A stretch of DNA of 64,000 bases from a virus (IMGVR_UViG_3300042905_002309:1-64000), one strand, 5' to 3'; numbered from the stretch's first letter, positions 47,005 through 54,617 are shown. Made by a program: numbers and translations. Notes: a model not told the origin generated them from the sequence alone.

Positions 47005-47292
47005 TTATACACAATTCGGACAAATATAAGACATTTTTTTACCATGAAAAATCCAACCTACCCTAGCAGCTTCTTTCCAAGTGGTTTCTCGCTTACACCC
47101 CCCACAAAGAATCATGAAATTAGACGATAAAACCTCATCATAAACCAAATTTATAATGTTTTTATCCACTTTAGGTTTTGTAAGAAGTTTCTTGGATGTT
47201 TTCTTACAAGGTTTTGTCTGAAATTGTGCTTCTTTTTCAGACAAAACCTCAGAGTTAATTAAATTCAAAAGACTGTTTAAAGAGTCATTCAT
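47005..47292 (-). CDS. Hypothetical zinc-ribbon protein
   Basis: CGGC...GW...CPNC. Confidence 0.5.
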   Translation of the reverse strand: MNDSLNSLLNLINSEVLSEKEAQFQTKPCKKTSKKLLTKPKVDKNIINLVYDEVLSSNFMILCGGCKRETTWKEAARVGWIFHGKKMSYICPNCV

Positions 47293-47293
47293 T

Positions 47294-47785
47294 TTAATCG
47301 TGTTCTACTTTACATTCCAAGGTTTTCTTAATCTCAAATAAGTAATACATACAGATACTCTTTAAAAGATCAGGAACATCACAGATAGAGTTATGCATAG
47401 ATGAATCGCCAGTTAAGATGATATCTCCGTTATAAAATTTAGTTTGAATACGATAATACTGATTCAAAATATCTGTCACAAGTTCTGCATCAGGTTGGAC
47501 ATACTGATATCCACCAAGTCCACTATCTTCTTTTAATGCTTCCAATCTAGCGATTAATGTGGTAAGTTGTTCTGTCTCGCGTCTAAAATGTTTACCCATT
47601 AATTCGTTTCCCATAATATCTTTACGTCTATCGGTAAAGCGTTCAATCAAACTTTCTGGTTCAAAATAATCATACTGAAATTCTTGTGCAATTGACTCAC
47701 AAAAATCCATTATATTCACATCGTGAATACGTACAATATAACTTGCACTTGAACTGTTACTTACAAAACCGTTTCTTAATTTCAT
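47294..47785 (-). CDS. MKxRxGFVSNSSS-family phage protein
   Basis: MKLRNGFVSNSSSASYIV. Confidence 0.7.
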   Translation of the reverse strand: MKLRNGFVSNSSSASYIVRIHDVNIMDFCESIAQEFQYDYFEPESLIERFTDRRKDIMGNELMGKHFRRETEQLTTLIARLEALKEDSGLGGYQYVQPDAELVTDILNQYYRIQTKFYNGDIILTGDSSMHNSICDVPDLLKSICMYYLFEIKKTLECKVEHD

Positions 47786-48030
47786 GATCTCTCCCAATTT
47801 ACTATATCTTCTTCGACTCCAATGTTCACTAAAAATTCACGCATATCAAAATTATCCATAGAAGTATAACCTTCTACTGTGTGTGTTGTAACAGTAATAG
47901 TCCAAGGATTGTCATTAGTATGATCTGAATGATTCACAATATCAACTAATTGTTTAGCTGTAATCTTTATTAAAGGGATTACAAAGCTACTTGAGCTACT
48001 ATTACTTACAAATCCAATTCTTATTTTCAT
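47782..48030 (-). CDS. MKxRxGFVSNSSS-family phage protein
   Basis: MKIRIGFVSNSSSSSFVI; GGAG RBS. Confidence 0.7.
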   Translation of the reverse strand: MKIRIGFVSNSSSSSFVIPLIKITAKQLVDIVNHSDHTNDNPWTITVTTHTVEGYTSMDNFDMREFLVNIGVEEDIVNWERS

Positions 48031-48031
48031 A

Positions 48032-48226
48032 TTATCTCCAAATTCTCCTATAACCATCAACGGGAAACATCTGTCTAAAAATTCTTTTTGGTGCAGTTTC
48101 AATATCTCTATGATAAAGCATTGAGAATATACAGAATTTACCAATAAAATACTTATATACAACGCCACTTAAAGGATACATGAAGATTGCGGGTACATAC
48201 CAAACCTTTTCTCGTGTTCTTTTCAT
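48032..48226 (-). CDS. Small hypothetical protein
   Basis: AAGGAG RBS; tightly packed. Confidence 0.45.
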   Translation of the reverse strand: MKRTREKVWYVPAIFMYPLSGVVYKYFIGKFCIFSMLYHRDIETAPKRIFRQMFPVDGYRRIWR

Positions 48227-49011
48227 GTTTGACTCCTTATTAATTCTATAATATTTGGTGGTGTATAATATTTTTTGAGTTTACTTAAATCCATAATACT
48301 ATTTACCAAATGTAATCCTTGTTGTCTACGTATTTCTTCAATACTGATAATCTCTTTCTTCATTCCCATCAATAATCCGATTTCATGCATACTGACATAA
48401 CCATCACATGCCACATTATAGGCTCCTGTGCATTCATTATCAATCAAAATCTTAATCGCTTTTGTTAATATTGTAACATTGGTTACACTGTCCTTTTCGT
48501 CACACAACTTATCAAAGCGTTTTATTTTGTTTAGTAAATTGTTTTCACGAGCACTAAAATCAAAAAATAATCTTGGTCGTATAATCAAATCTCTGTCAAA
48601 ATCACAACCCTTTTCGCCATGCCATTTTGTTAAGGTGTAATTACAATGTGCGGAAAGAAAATCTGTCTCCTTTTGTGGTGTATCGTTTCTGTCGTATAAG
48701 CAACCAGTTGAAATCTGTACAAATTTCTTATTACCACCATTGCACCATTGACTTAAAACCTGTGGAATAACAGCATTACTAAAAAATGCCTCATTATAAT
48801 TCTCTTCACAATATCTAGTATTACTCTTCGCAATACAATTTATTACCACATCAAATTTATCTAATTTTCTTGCCATATAAAACGGAAATTCTAATGAATC
48901 GTTTATTTGGATTTGTGATAAATTGAACCTTTCCTTATCAAGAACCGTATAATGAAGTTTTTCGAACTCATGTCCTAAATACCCCGAACCTAATACTACA
49001 ACTTTATTCAT
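48223..49011 (-). CDS. RmlD-like NAD(P)-dependent sugar-nucleotide reductase/epimerase
   Basis: VVLGSGYLG, VINCIA, QISTGC, YTLTK (YxxxK). Confidence 0.8.
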   Translation of the reverse strand: MNKVVVLGSGYLGHEFEKLHYTVLDKERFNLSQIQINDSLEFPFYMARKLDKFDVVINCIAKSNTRYCEENYNEAFFSNAVIPQVLSQWCNGGNKKFVQISTGCLYDRNDTPQKETDFLSAHCNYTLTKWHGEKGCDFDRDLIIRPRLFFDFSARENNLLNKIKRFDKLCDEKDSVTNVTILTKAIKILIDNECTGAYNVACDGYVSMHEIGLLMGMKKEIISIEEIRRQQGLHLVNSIMDLSKLKKYYTPPNIIELIRSQT

Positions 49012-49013
49012 AC

Positions 49014-49205
49014 TTACTTCTCCATATGTATCGTTTTTCGACAAAGAATTTCCTGACAAAACATTTTTACTGCATCAGGTGCTTTATTAAACTCATCTAC
49101 AGCCTCATCATATAACCATTTTGTTAAGTATTGTACCTGTGATCCATTTTTATAGACCACTACATAAGATTTAGATTCAATAAATTCTTCTACTTTTTGT
49201 TTCAT
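49014..49205 (-). CDS. Small hypothetical protein
   Basis: AGGAG RBS; packed ORF. Confidence 0.45.
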   Translation of the reverse strand: MKQKVEEFIESKSYVVVYKNGSQVQYLTKWLYDEAVDEFNKAPDAVKMFCQEILCRKTIHMEK

Positions 49206-49555
49206 ACTGTTATAATCTCCTTACCACCTTTAATACCTTTACGTATAGTGTCCTCAGTTCCCCCTGTACGATCATCTGATACTACAGCCAATATCACATC
49301 AGCATCATCAGCTATTAACCCATTACGTTGGAAACCAGCACTCTTTCCATACTTTCGCCAATCAGCGTAATGTATTCTGATAGGAATGTCAAGATGTTTT
49401 GCAATAATTTCAGCAAATCTATCTCCACCTTGTGGACATCCTCCGCTACACAAAGAGTCTCCCCTGCGATAAATCTCTAAGAATTTATTCAAACAACGTT
49501 TGAAATCTTCTGGTGAGTTTTTACGTCTAGAACCGATTATGCCGATTACTTTCAA
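49202..49555 (-). CDS. SLOG-family (YspA/DprA-like) protein
   Basis: IIGSR, SGGCPQGGD, AGFQRN, GGTEDT. Confidence 0.75.
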   Translation of the reverse strand: MKVIGIIGSRRKNSPEDFKRCLNKFLEIYRRGDSLCSGGCPQGGDRFAEIIAKHLDIPIRIHYADWRKYGKSAGFQRNGLIADDADVILAVVSDDRTGGTEDTIRKGIKGGKEIITV

Positions 49556-49845
49556 TCATACTCCTTAATAGAAACACCGGGAGATTCCATTCCAGTAAAT
49601 CGTGTATCACCTTCTGGTATACATACGGGACAAGCTTCGTCATGTGCATAATCTGGACAAATACAAACTGGTGGACGTTTATTCCAAACTTCAATAGCTT
49701 GTTCATCTGTAGTAAACCATACACCCGCACCCAAAGAACCACCACATTGTTTCTCGTCTATACAACTTACAAACTTCTCACCAAAACCACCAGTGAAGAC
49801 TTGTGCTTCACCACCACAAAACGGACAAGGAAAAATTTTATTCAT
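49552..49845 (-). CDS. Lar-like restriction-alleviation zinc-finger protein
   Basis: PCPFCGG...AIEVWNKR. Confidence 0.65.
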   Translation of the reverse strand: MNKIFPCPFCGGEAQVFTGGFGEKFVSCIDEKQCGGSLGAGVWFTTDEQAIEVWNKRPPVCICPDYAHDEACPVCIPEGDTRFTGMESPGVSIKEYD

Positions 49846-49875
49846 GTAAATATCATACCAGATTTATTAGGATTG

Positions 49876-51009
49876 TCAACCATTATAATAATCAGTTAAC
49901 TCACCCTTATAATTCTCAATAACAACATTCACACCTTCTACACTTTTAATGTAGTTGTAAATAATAGGTATCTTTCCACCACCAGCGGGTAAGTCTACAA
50001 CTAATTGAGGTATAGCATATCCACTAATATTACCTCTAATGCTTTTAAAAATCTCAATACCCTTCTCAATAGTTGTTCTAAAATGACCTGAACCAGTTAC
50101 CTTATCACAAATGTATGTATAATAAGGCTTTACACGTATTTTTAATAACCCTGTGAATAATTTTTTAAGGGTTTCACTATCATCATTAACATCTTTCAAT
50201 AATACTGTCTGACTTCCTAAAGGTATACCTGCATCAGCCAATCTATTACAAGCTTCTTGGGTTTCTGGTGTCAATTCACTAGGATGTGTGAAATGTAGAC
50301 TCATAAACAATGGATGATATTGTTTTAACATGTCAGTTAATTCTTTTGTAATACGTTGAGGTAATACAGCAGGAATTTTTGTACCAATTCGAATCATTTC
50401 AACATGAGGAATTTTACGTAAATTTGAAAGTATCCATTCTAAGGTTTCTGTTGGTAAAGTTAAAGGATCACCACCAGAAATTAACACATCTCGTATCTCT
50501 TTATGTTCTTCGATGTATTTAAGTGACTTCATCCATTGTTCTTTAGTATATGTTTTATCTTTACCAACCATACGTGATCGTGTACAATACCTACAAATGG
50601 TGCTACAATAGTCTGTAACGAGAAATAATACTCTATCTGGATATCTGTGTACCAAACCATCTACAGGGCTTTGGTTGATCTCATGAAGTGGATCATCTTG
50701 TTCACATTGTGAGATGATATGTTCCTCATCGGAAGGCATTACTGTTTTTCTTAGCTTATCACCCAATATGGATGCATAATAAGGAGTAATACCCATAGGA
50801 AATTTGTAATTATTATCAGTAGTATCGATAATTCGGTTTCTTAATTGCCATCTCCAATCATTCCATTCAACATAAGGTACACTTGGATAGTTTTGCTCCA
50901 TAAACCCATGTGTTATTGGGCCTATGGGCATACTACTCGGAGGCTTATCTGATTCTTCGGAACAACACTCAACAGCTTCAACCACATCGACGATTTTTTC
51001 ATTTTGCAT
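49876..51009 (-). CDS. kamA: KamA-family radical SAM enzyme (lysine 2,3-aminomutase/EpmB-like)
   Basis: WNDWRWQ, LVHRYPDRVL, CSTICRYCTR, LISGGDPL, QTVLLKDVND, GGGKIP. Confidence 0.9.
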   Translation of the reverse strand: MQNEKIVDVVEAVECCSEESDKPPSSMPIGPITHGFMEQNYPSVPYVEWNDWRWQLRNRIIDTTDNNYKFPMGITPYYASILGDKLRKTVMPSDEEHIISQCEQDDPLHEINQSPVDGLVHRYPDRVLFLVTDYCSTICRYCTRSRMVGKDKTYTKEQWMKSLKYIEEHKEIRDVLISGGDPLTLPTETLEWILSNLRKIPHVEMIRIGTKIPAVLPQRITKELTDMLKQYHPLFMSLHFTHPSELTPETQEACNRLADAGIPLGSQTVLLKDVNDDSETLKKLFTGLLKIRVKPYYTYICDKVTGSGHFRTTIEKGIEIFKSIRGNISGYAIPQLVVDLPAGGGKIPIIYNYIKSVEGVNVVIENYKGELTDYYNG

Positions 51010-51125
51010 ATATATAATATTTTTACTTCCCTTAAATGTATTTAGGTATATTAACCTAAAATTCTTGAACTTTTTTAATGTATCATAAATAGATGAAAAT
51101 TACAAGGTATTTGATAAATACTTAT

Positions 51126-52172
51126 ATGAATATTTTTCGTACTCTATATGAACAGATACTTTTTGAAGCACTTTGGGACTCTGATGCAGTAAATACCGGA
51201 GATTCCCCATTCTTAGGGAATGTGTATCGTGTTTATGAGTTGGAATACAAGCTTCAAGCCCTAAAACGCTCACAATTAGGTATATCTAATCCTAAAAGAT
51301 TGGAAAATATCACTAGACAAGTACAATTAGAACTTGGTTCTGCTGGTATGGCACTTAAACAAATTTTATTGAATACTTTTGCGCTTTGGTTACAACAACA
51401 TGCTTTAACTAAACCTCAAATTTGGGCAGAAGGACGTTATAATACATTTACGGAATCTGGTGACGATGATCCAAATACAATGATGGAAGGTATTGTTGGT
51501 GAATATAGTAGATATGCTACTGGTGGTAAAGTTGATAGATATGGTGTACGTGCGATGTTATCTGTTGACCAATTCTTTCCAATAATCGATAAAAATTTAA
51601 AAAATCTTCCATACACTAAATCCGTTCTTGATTCTGTTTATAAAATTTACATGCAAGAAGAATATGATAATGATCCAGAAGGTACTATGGAACGTTGGGG
51701 GATATCTACACCAGAAGAAGCTGATCAACATATTGAAACATCTACTTTAGATCAAGATGGACTTGAAGGTATGGTATATGACATGGAATCTTTAATGGGG
51801 ATTATAGAACAACATGGAGAGTTATCAAAATTCTTCATTGAACTTTATGCGAAACTTGTTTTCCCTGTTTGGTTTGCACATTGGAAGGCTCAAGGTATCG
51901 TGGAAACTCGTAAACGTGTTCAAAATGTTTATAATAATCTTAAAAAAGCTTCTCCAAAGGATTTGGGTAATCTAGTTGCATGGCTTAGTGCAGCTTTAAA
52001 TACTGCTCATCAATCTGGTTCAATGTTAGATTTTGTTCCAGAAGATGATAACTTCTCTGTAAACATTGATGGCGCAGAAGATACCTATTATGCAAAAGAT
52101 TTATTAGATGCTGTAACAGATGGTAAATTCAATGACCAATGGGATAAAGAATTAGCCGAAGCTGGTGTGTAA
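51126..52172 (+). CDS. Hypothetical late protein, acidic
   Basis: Start reassigned to MNIFRTLYEQILFE after ATAAATA. Confidence 0.65.
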   Translation: MNIFRTLYEQILFEALWDSDAVNTGDSPFLGNVYRVYELEYKLQALKRSQLGISNPKRLENITRQVQLELGSAGMALKQILLNTFALWLQQHALTKPQIWAEGRYNTFTESGDDDPNTMMEGIVGEYSRYATGGKVDRYGVRAMLSVDQFFPIIDKNLKNLPYTKSVLDSVYKIYMQEEYDNDPEGTMERWGISTPEEADQHIETSTLDQDGLEGMVYDMESLMGIIEQHGELSKFFIELYAKLVFPVWFAHWKAQGIVETRKRVQNVYNNLKKASPKDLGNLVAWLSAALNTAHQSGSMLDFVPEDDNFSVNIDGAEDTYYAKDLLDAVTDGKFNDQWDKELAEAGV

Positions 52173-52211
52173 AATACTGAATATTTGAAAAGTGTTTAGT
52201 TATTCGATCAT

Positions 52212-52350
52212 TGCTTTCTGAGATAGGATTCGAACCTACATTTTGTTTCCGCACCCAATGACAGGCGGCATGTGTTAATCCACACACAGCAGAGTTACCC
52301 GTAGTGTAAACGGGAGTTACCGCAGGGTAAGCCAGTTCCCCCACTCATTA
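52212..52350 (-). ncRNA. tRNA-like RNA with branched insertion in place of the anticodon loop
   Basis: D-arm GGG-AACTGGCTTA-CCC, T-arm GTAGG-TTCGAAT-CCTAT, GCGGTA/TGCCGC stem enclosing two hairpins. Confidence 0.55.
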
Positions 52351-52358
52351 ACTAAAAT

Positions 52359-52434
52359 TGGTGCGCCTAGAGGGACTTGAACCCCCAAAACTCAGCTTCT
52401 TAGACTGATATGTATGCCATTCCATCATAAGCGC
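52359..52434 (-). tRNA. tRNA-Leu(AAG), short variable loop
   Basis: TCAGT-CTAAGAA-GCTGA; ACCA. Confidence 0.85.
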
Positions 52435-52438
52435 ATAA

Positions 52439-52601
52439 AACGAATTCTAAAATAATATGGAGTCTGCACCACCACTAAGACCAAGTTAGTCTATTTTCGG
52501 TGTACTATTCGCAACCTTTTGTGAACCGTGTCGTCAATGTTCTTCAACATCCCGTAGTACGTTTCTTCCACGCTTAAATAACTTCGCTAACTATTTTAGA
52601 A
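52439..52601 (-). ncRNA. ~160-nt structured RNA between Leu tRNAs
   Basis: TTCTAAAATA/TATTTTAGAA closing stem, internal hairpins. Confidence 0.45.
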
Positions 52602-52603
52602 AT

Positions 52604-52679
52604 TGGTGCTAGTGGTGGGACTTGAACCCACAAACAACAGATTTTAAGTCTGCCCGATAAGCCGTTCTCGTACACTAGC
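52604..52679 (-). tRNA. tRNA-Leu(TAA), short variable loop
   Basis: GCAGA-CTTAAAA-TCTGT; ACCA. Confidence 0.85.
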
Positions 52680-52685
52680 GTAAAT

Positions 52686-52761
52686 TGGTGCATCTGGTGG
52701 GATTCGAACCCACAAAACCTAGATTCTAAGTCTAGTACATAAGCCGTTCTGTTACAGATGC
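52686..52761 (-). tRNA. tRNA-Leu(TAG), short variable loop
   Basis: CTAGA-CTTAGAA-TCTAG; ACCA. Confidence 0.85.
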
Positions 52762-52767
52762 GTTAAA

Positions 52768-52843
52768 TGGTGCAAGTGAAGGGATTCGAACCCTTAAACA
52801 ACAGTTTTTGAAACTGCCCGATAAGCCTTTCTCGTACACTTGC
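52768..52843 (-). tRNA. tRNA-Leu(CAA), short variable loop
   Basis: GCAGT-TTCAAAA-ACTGT; ACCA. Confidence 0.85.
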
Positions 52844-52850
52844 ATAAAAT

Positions 52851-52927
52851 TGGTTCCCCCATCATGATTCGAACATGATCTAAGATGGTCAAAGCATCTT
52901 GTGCATAAGCCATTACACTATAGGGGA
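52851..52927 (-). tRNA. tRNA-Gln(TTG)
   Basis: AGATG-CTTTGAC-CATCT; T1:A72. Confidence 0.85.
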
Positions 52928-52937
52928 ATGTTAAAAT

Positions 52938-53011
52938 TGGTTGTCCTACCTTGAATCGAACAAGGTTAAATAGATTCAGAGTCTACTGTACAGCCATTAT
53001 ACCATATGACA
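52938..53011 (-). tRNA. tRNA-Gln(CTG)
   Basis: GTAGA-CTCTGAA-TCTAT. Confidence 0.85.
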
Positions 53012-53019
53012 GATAAAAT

Positions 53020-53093
53020 TGGAGCCTGTTAAGGGAATTAAACCCTTACCCACTGATTACGAAACAGTGATACTATCGTTGTACTAAACAGGC
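53020..53093 (-). tRNA. tRNA-Thr(CGT)
   Basis: ACTG-TTTCGTAAT-CAGT; TCCA. Confidence 0.85.
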
Positions 53094-53101
53094 AATTAAA
53101 A

Positions 53102-53195
53102 TGGAGCCAACGGTGGGATTTGAACCCACATCATCACTTTTACATGACTTAACCCGATTACAAATCGGGGCCATAGCCGTTCTGGACACGTTGGC
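53102..53195 (-). tRNA. tRNA-Thr(TGT) with long variable arm
   Basis: CCCGA-TTTGTAA-TCGGG; ~23-nt variable region. Confidence 0.85.
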
Positions 53196-53202
53196 AAGTA
53201 AA

Positions 53203-53278
53203 TGGAGCACCCGACAGGCATCAAACCTGCAACCTTGTCCTTACAAAAGACTTGCTCTATCAATTGAGCTACAGGTGC
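53203..53278 (-). tRNA. tRNA-Thr(TGT), second copy
   Basis: GTCT-TTTGTAA-GGAC; TCCA. Confidence 0.8.
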
Positions 53279-53284
53279 GAAAAT

Positions 53285-53358
53285 TGGCAGGAACACAGGG
53301 ATTCGCACCCTGACCAAAAGTTTTGGAGACTATTGTGCAACTTTAACACTTTGTTCCT
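53285..53358 (-). tRNA. tRNA-Trp(CCA)
   Basis: AGT-CTCCAAA-ACT; AGG/CCT-GCCA. Confidence 0.85.
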
Positions 53359-53365
53359 ATAAAAT

Positions 53366-53459
53366 TGGAGGAAGGTGGGAGAATTGAACTCCCGCCACCT
53401 TTTAAGGGGTGGAACAATTTAGCAAATTGTCTCGACAAACCGACATTCGACTACCTTCC
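53366..53459 (-). tRNA. tRNA-Ser(GCT)
   Basis: ACAAT-TTGCTAA-ATTGT; long variable arm. Confidence 0.9.
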
Positions 53460-53464
53460 AAAAT

Positions 53465-53562
53465 TGGCTGACTCGGCTCGACTTGAACGAGCACACACAT
53501 CCCGTTAAGAATGTCATGGATGGTTTAACAGACCATTGCCTTACCATTAGGCCAACGAGTCA
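53465..53562 (-). tRNA. tRNA-Asn(GTT) with long variable arm
   Basis: ATGGT-CTGTTAA-ACCAT; ~27-nt variable region; GCCA. Confidence 0.85.
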
Positions 53563-53638
53563 AACTTAAATTGTTTCTTGATATCGTGTCAAGGACGCTT
53601 GATTTGCACAAGGGGTTACGTTTACCCAATATTCAAAA

Positions 53639-53725
53639 TGGCTCCAGAGGTAGGACTTGAACCTACACGCCCATTACAGGCATCAGATTAACAGTCTGAC
53701 ATGGCTACAATTACATCACTCTGGA
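53639..53725 (-). tRNA. tRNA-Asn(GTT) with long variable arm, second copy
   Basis: TCAGA-CTGTTAA-TCTGA; GCCTG-TAA-TGGGC arm; GCCA. Confidence 0.85.
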
Positions 53726-53732
53726 AACGAAA

Positions 53733-53829
53733 AACAAGTTGGCTTTCTACTTTTTATTTAGCGTCTAAAAATCGAAAAAGACTGATTATGGACTCTCGCC
53801 CACGTTTTATTGTTTGCTGTAACCAACTT
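53733..53829 (-). ncRNA. CAGCAAA-loop RNA family, copy b
   Basis: AAGTTGGT/GCCAACTT stem; ACAGCAAACAA; TTCGA; AAAAAGTAGAAA; GTT. Confidence 0.65.
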
Positions 53830-53836
53830 AAAATAA

Positions 53837-53947
53837 AACAGATTGTGTTTTCTACTTTTTAGAGAACGTCGAAACTCCCATCTTTTTGATTTATGTGATC
53901 GTCTGGTGGATCACTAACGTATTGTTGTTTTTTGCTGTACACAATCT
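53837..53947 (-). ncRNA. CAGCAAA-loop RNA family, copy c
   Basis: AGATTGTGT/ACACAATCT stem; ACAGCAAA; GTTTCGA; AAAAAGTAGAAA; GTT. Confidence 0.65.
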
Positions 53948-53951
53948 AAAA

Positions 53952-54029
53952 TGGCTAACCCTGCTGGACTCGCACCAGCAAAAATTGACTAACGTTAATT
54001 GTCAACTTTCGGCTACTAGCTAAAGGTTA
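53952..54029 (-). tRNA. Aberrant tRNA, anticodon undetermined
   Basis: Intact acceptor stem, T-arm and GCCA; reduced D-arm; 11-nt loop AATTAACGTTA. Confidence 0.55.
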
Positions 54030-54036
54030 ATGAAAA

Positions 54037-54133
54037 TGGAGGAAGCGGTGGGATTCCAACCCACGGAGGATAGTTTGAGCTACCCCCTTCCGTTTTCAAG
54101 ACGGACGCAATAAAGACGCTCTGCCACGCTTCC
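54037..54133 (-). tRNA. tRNA-Ser(TGA)
   Basis: TCCGT-CTTGAAA-ACGGA; long variable arm. Confidence 0.9.
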
Positions 54134-54141
54134 ATAAAATA

Positions 54142-54309
54142 AACAGGTTGATTTTCCTACTTTTTACACAGAAAATCGAAACTGTCACAAGTTTTACATC
54201 AGTAGATCACGATGTCAGGTTTTTATTTATGTGTCGCCTAGATAAAGACACTATGCCCGAAGGCATTTATTTACTATTTAGTTTATTGTTTGTTTGCTGC
54301 AATCAACCT
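54142..54309 (-). ncRNA. CAGCAAA-loop RNA family, copy d
   Basis: AGGTTGATT/AATCAACCT stem; GCAGCAAACAA; several hairpins; GTTTCGA; AAAAAGTAGGAAA; GTT. Confidence 0.65.
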
Positions 54310-54314
54310 AAAAT

Positions 54315-54390
54315 TGGGGCGATATACGAGACTTAAACTCGCTCTAAAACATTCACAGTGTTTCGTGCTAATCATTACACTAATATCGCC
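54315..54390 (-). tRNA. tRNA-His(GTG)
   Basis: G-1:C73; AAACA-CTGTGAA-TGTTT. Confidence 0.9.
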
Positions 54391-54477
54391 ATTGTGGGAC
54401 TTCATACCACGTTTGGGCCAAGCTAGAGGCTTATAGTGTGGGTTTGTCGTCCCTAAAATCTTTATAACTTGCCAGAT

Positions 54478-54529
54478 ATGGCGCATTAATGGCTATTATG
54501 GCACATTAATCGTCGTATTTGGCGCATTA
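54478..54529 (-). repeat. Three TAATGYGCCA repeats at ~20-nt period
   Basis: TAATGCGCCA, TAATGTGCCA, TAATGCGCCA. Confidence 0.65.
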
Positions 54530-54540
54530 CTACTTTTCAA

Positions 54541-54582
54541 ATATTCAGTTTTCAAAAATCGTGTTGTGCTTTCGCAATCAAC
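54541..54582 (-). promoter_or_regulatory. boxB-like GAAA hairpin and boxA-like element in leader of array 2
   Basis: TGC-GAAA-GCA hairpin, then TTTGAAAACTGAATAT. Confidence 0.6.
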
Positions 54583-54589
54583 TTCTAAT

Positions 54590-54617
54590 ACTTTATCACA
54601 ACTTCAAAAAATGTCAA
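54590..54617 (-). promoter_or_regulatory. Sigma70-like promoter for array 2, downstream of the attenuator
   Basis: TTGACA-N16-TAAAGT with extended TG. Confidence 0.6.

Noticed and set aside
41297-54486. Short ORF-track entries over the arrays (41297, 41838, 43367, 52129, 53096, 53101, 54148, 54283)
   Set aside because: They overlap clear tRNA cloverleaves or structured RNAs and lack translation signals.
54478-54529. Mini CRISPR array
   Set aside because: Repeats are 10 nt and spacers about 10 nt, far too short; no cas genes in the window.
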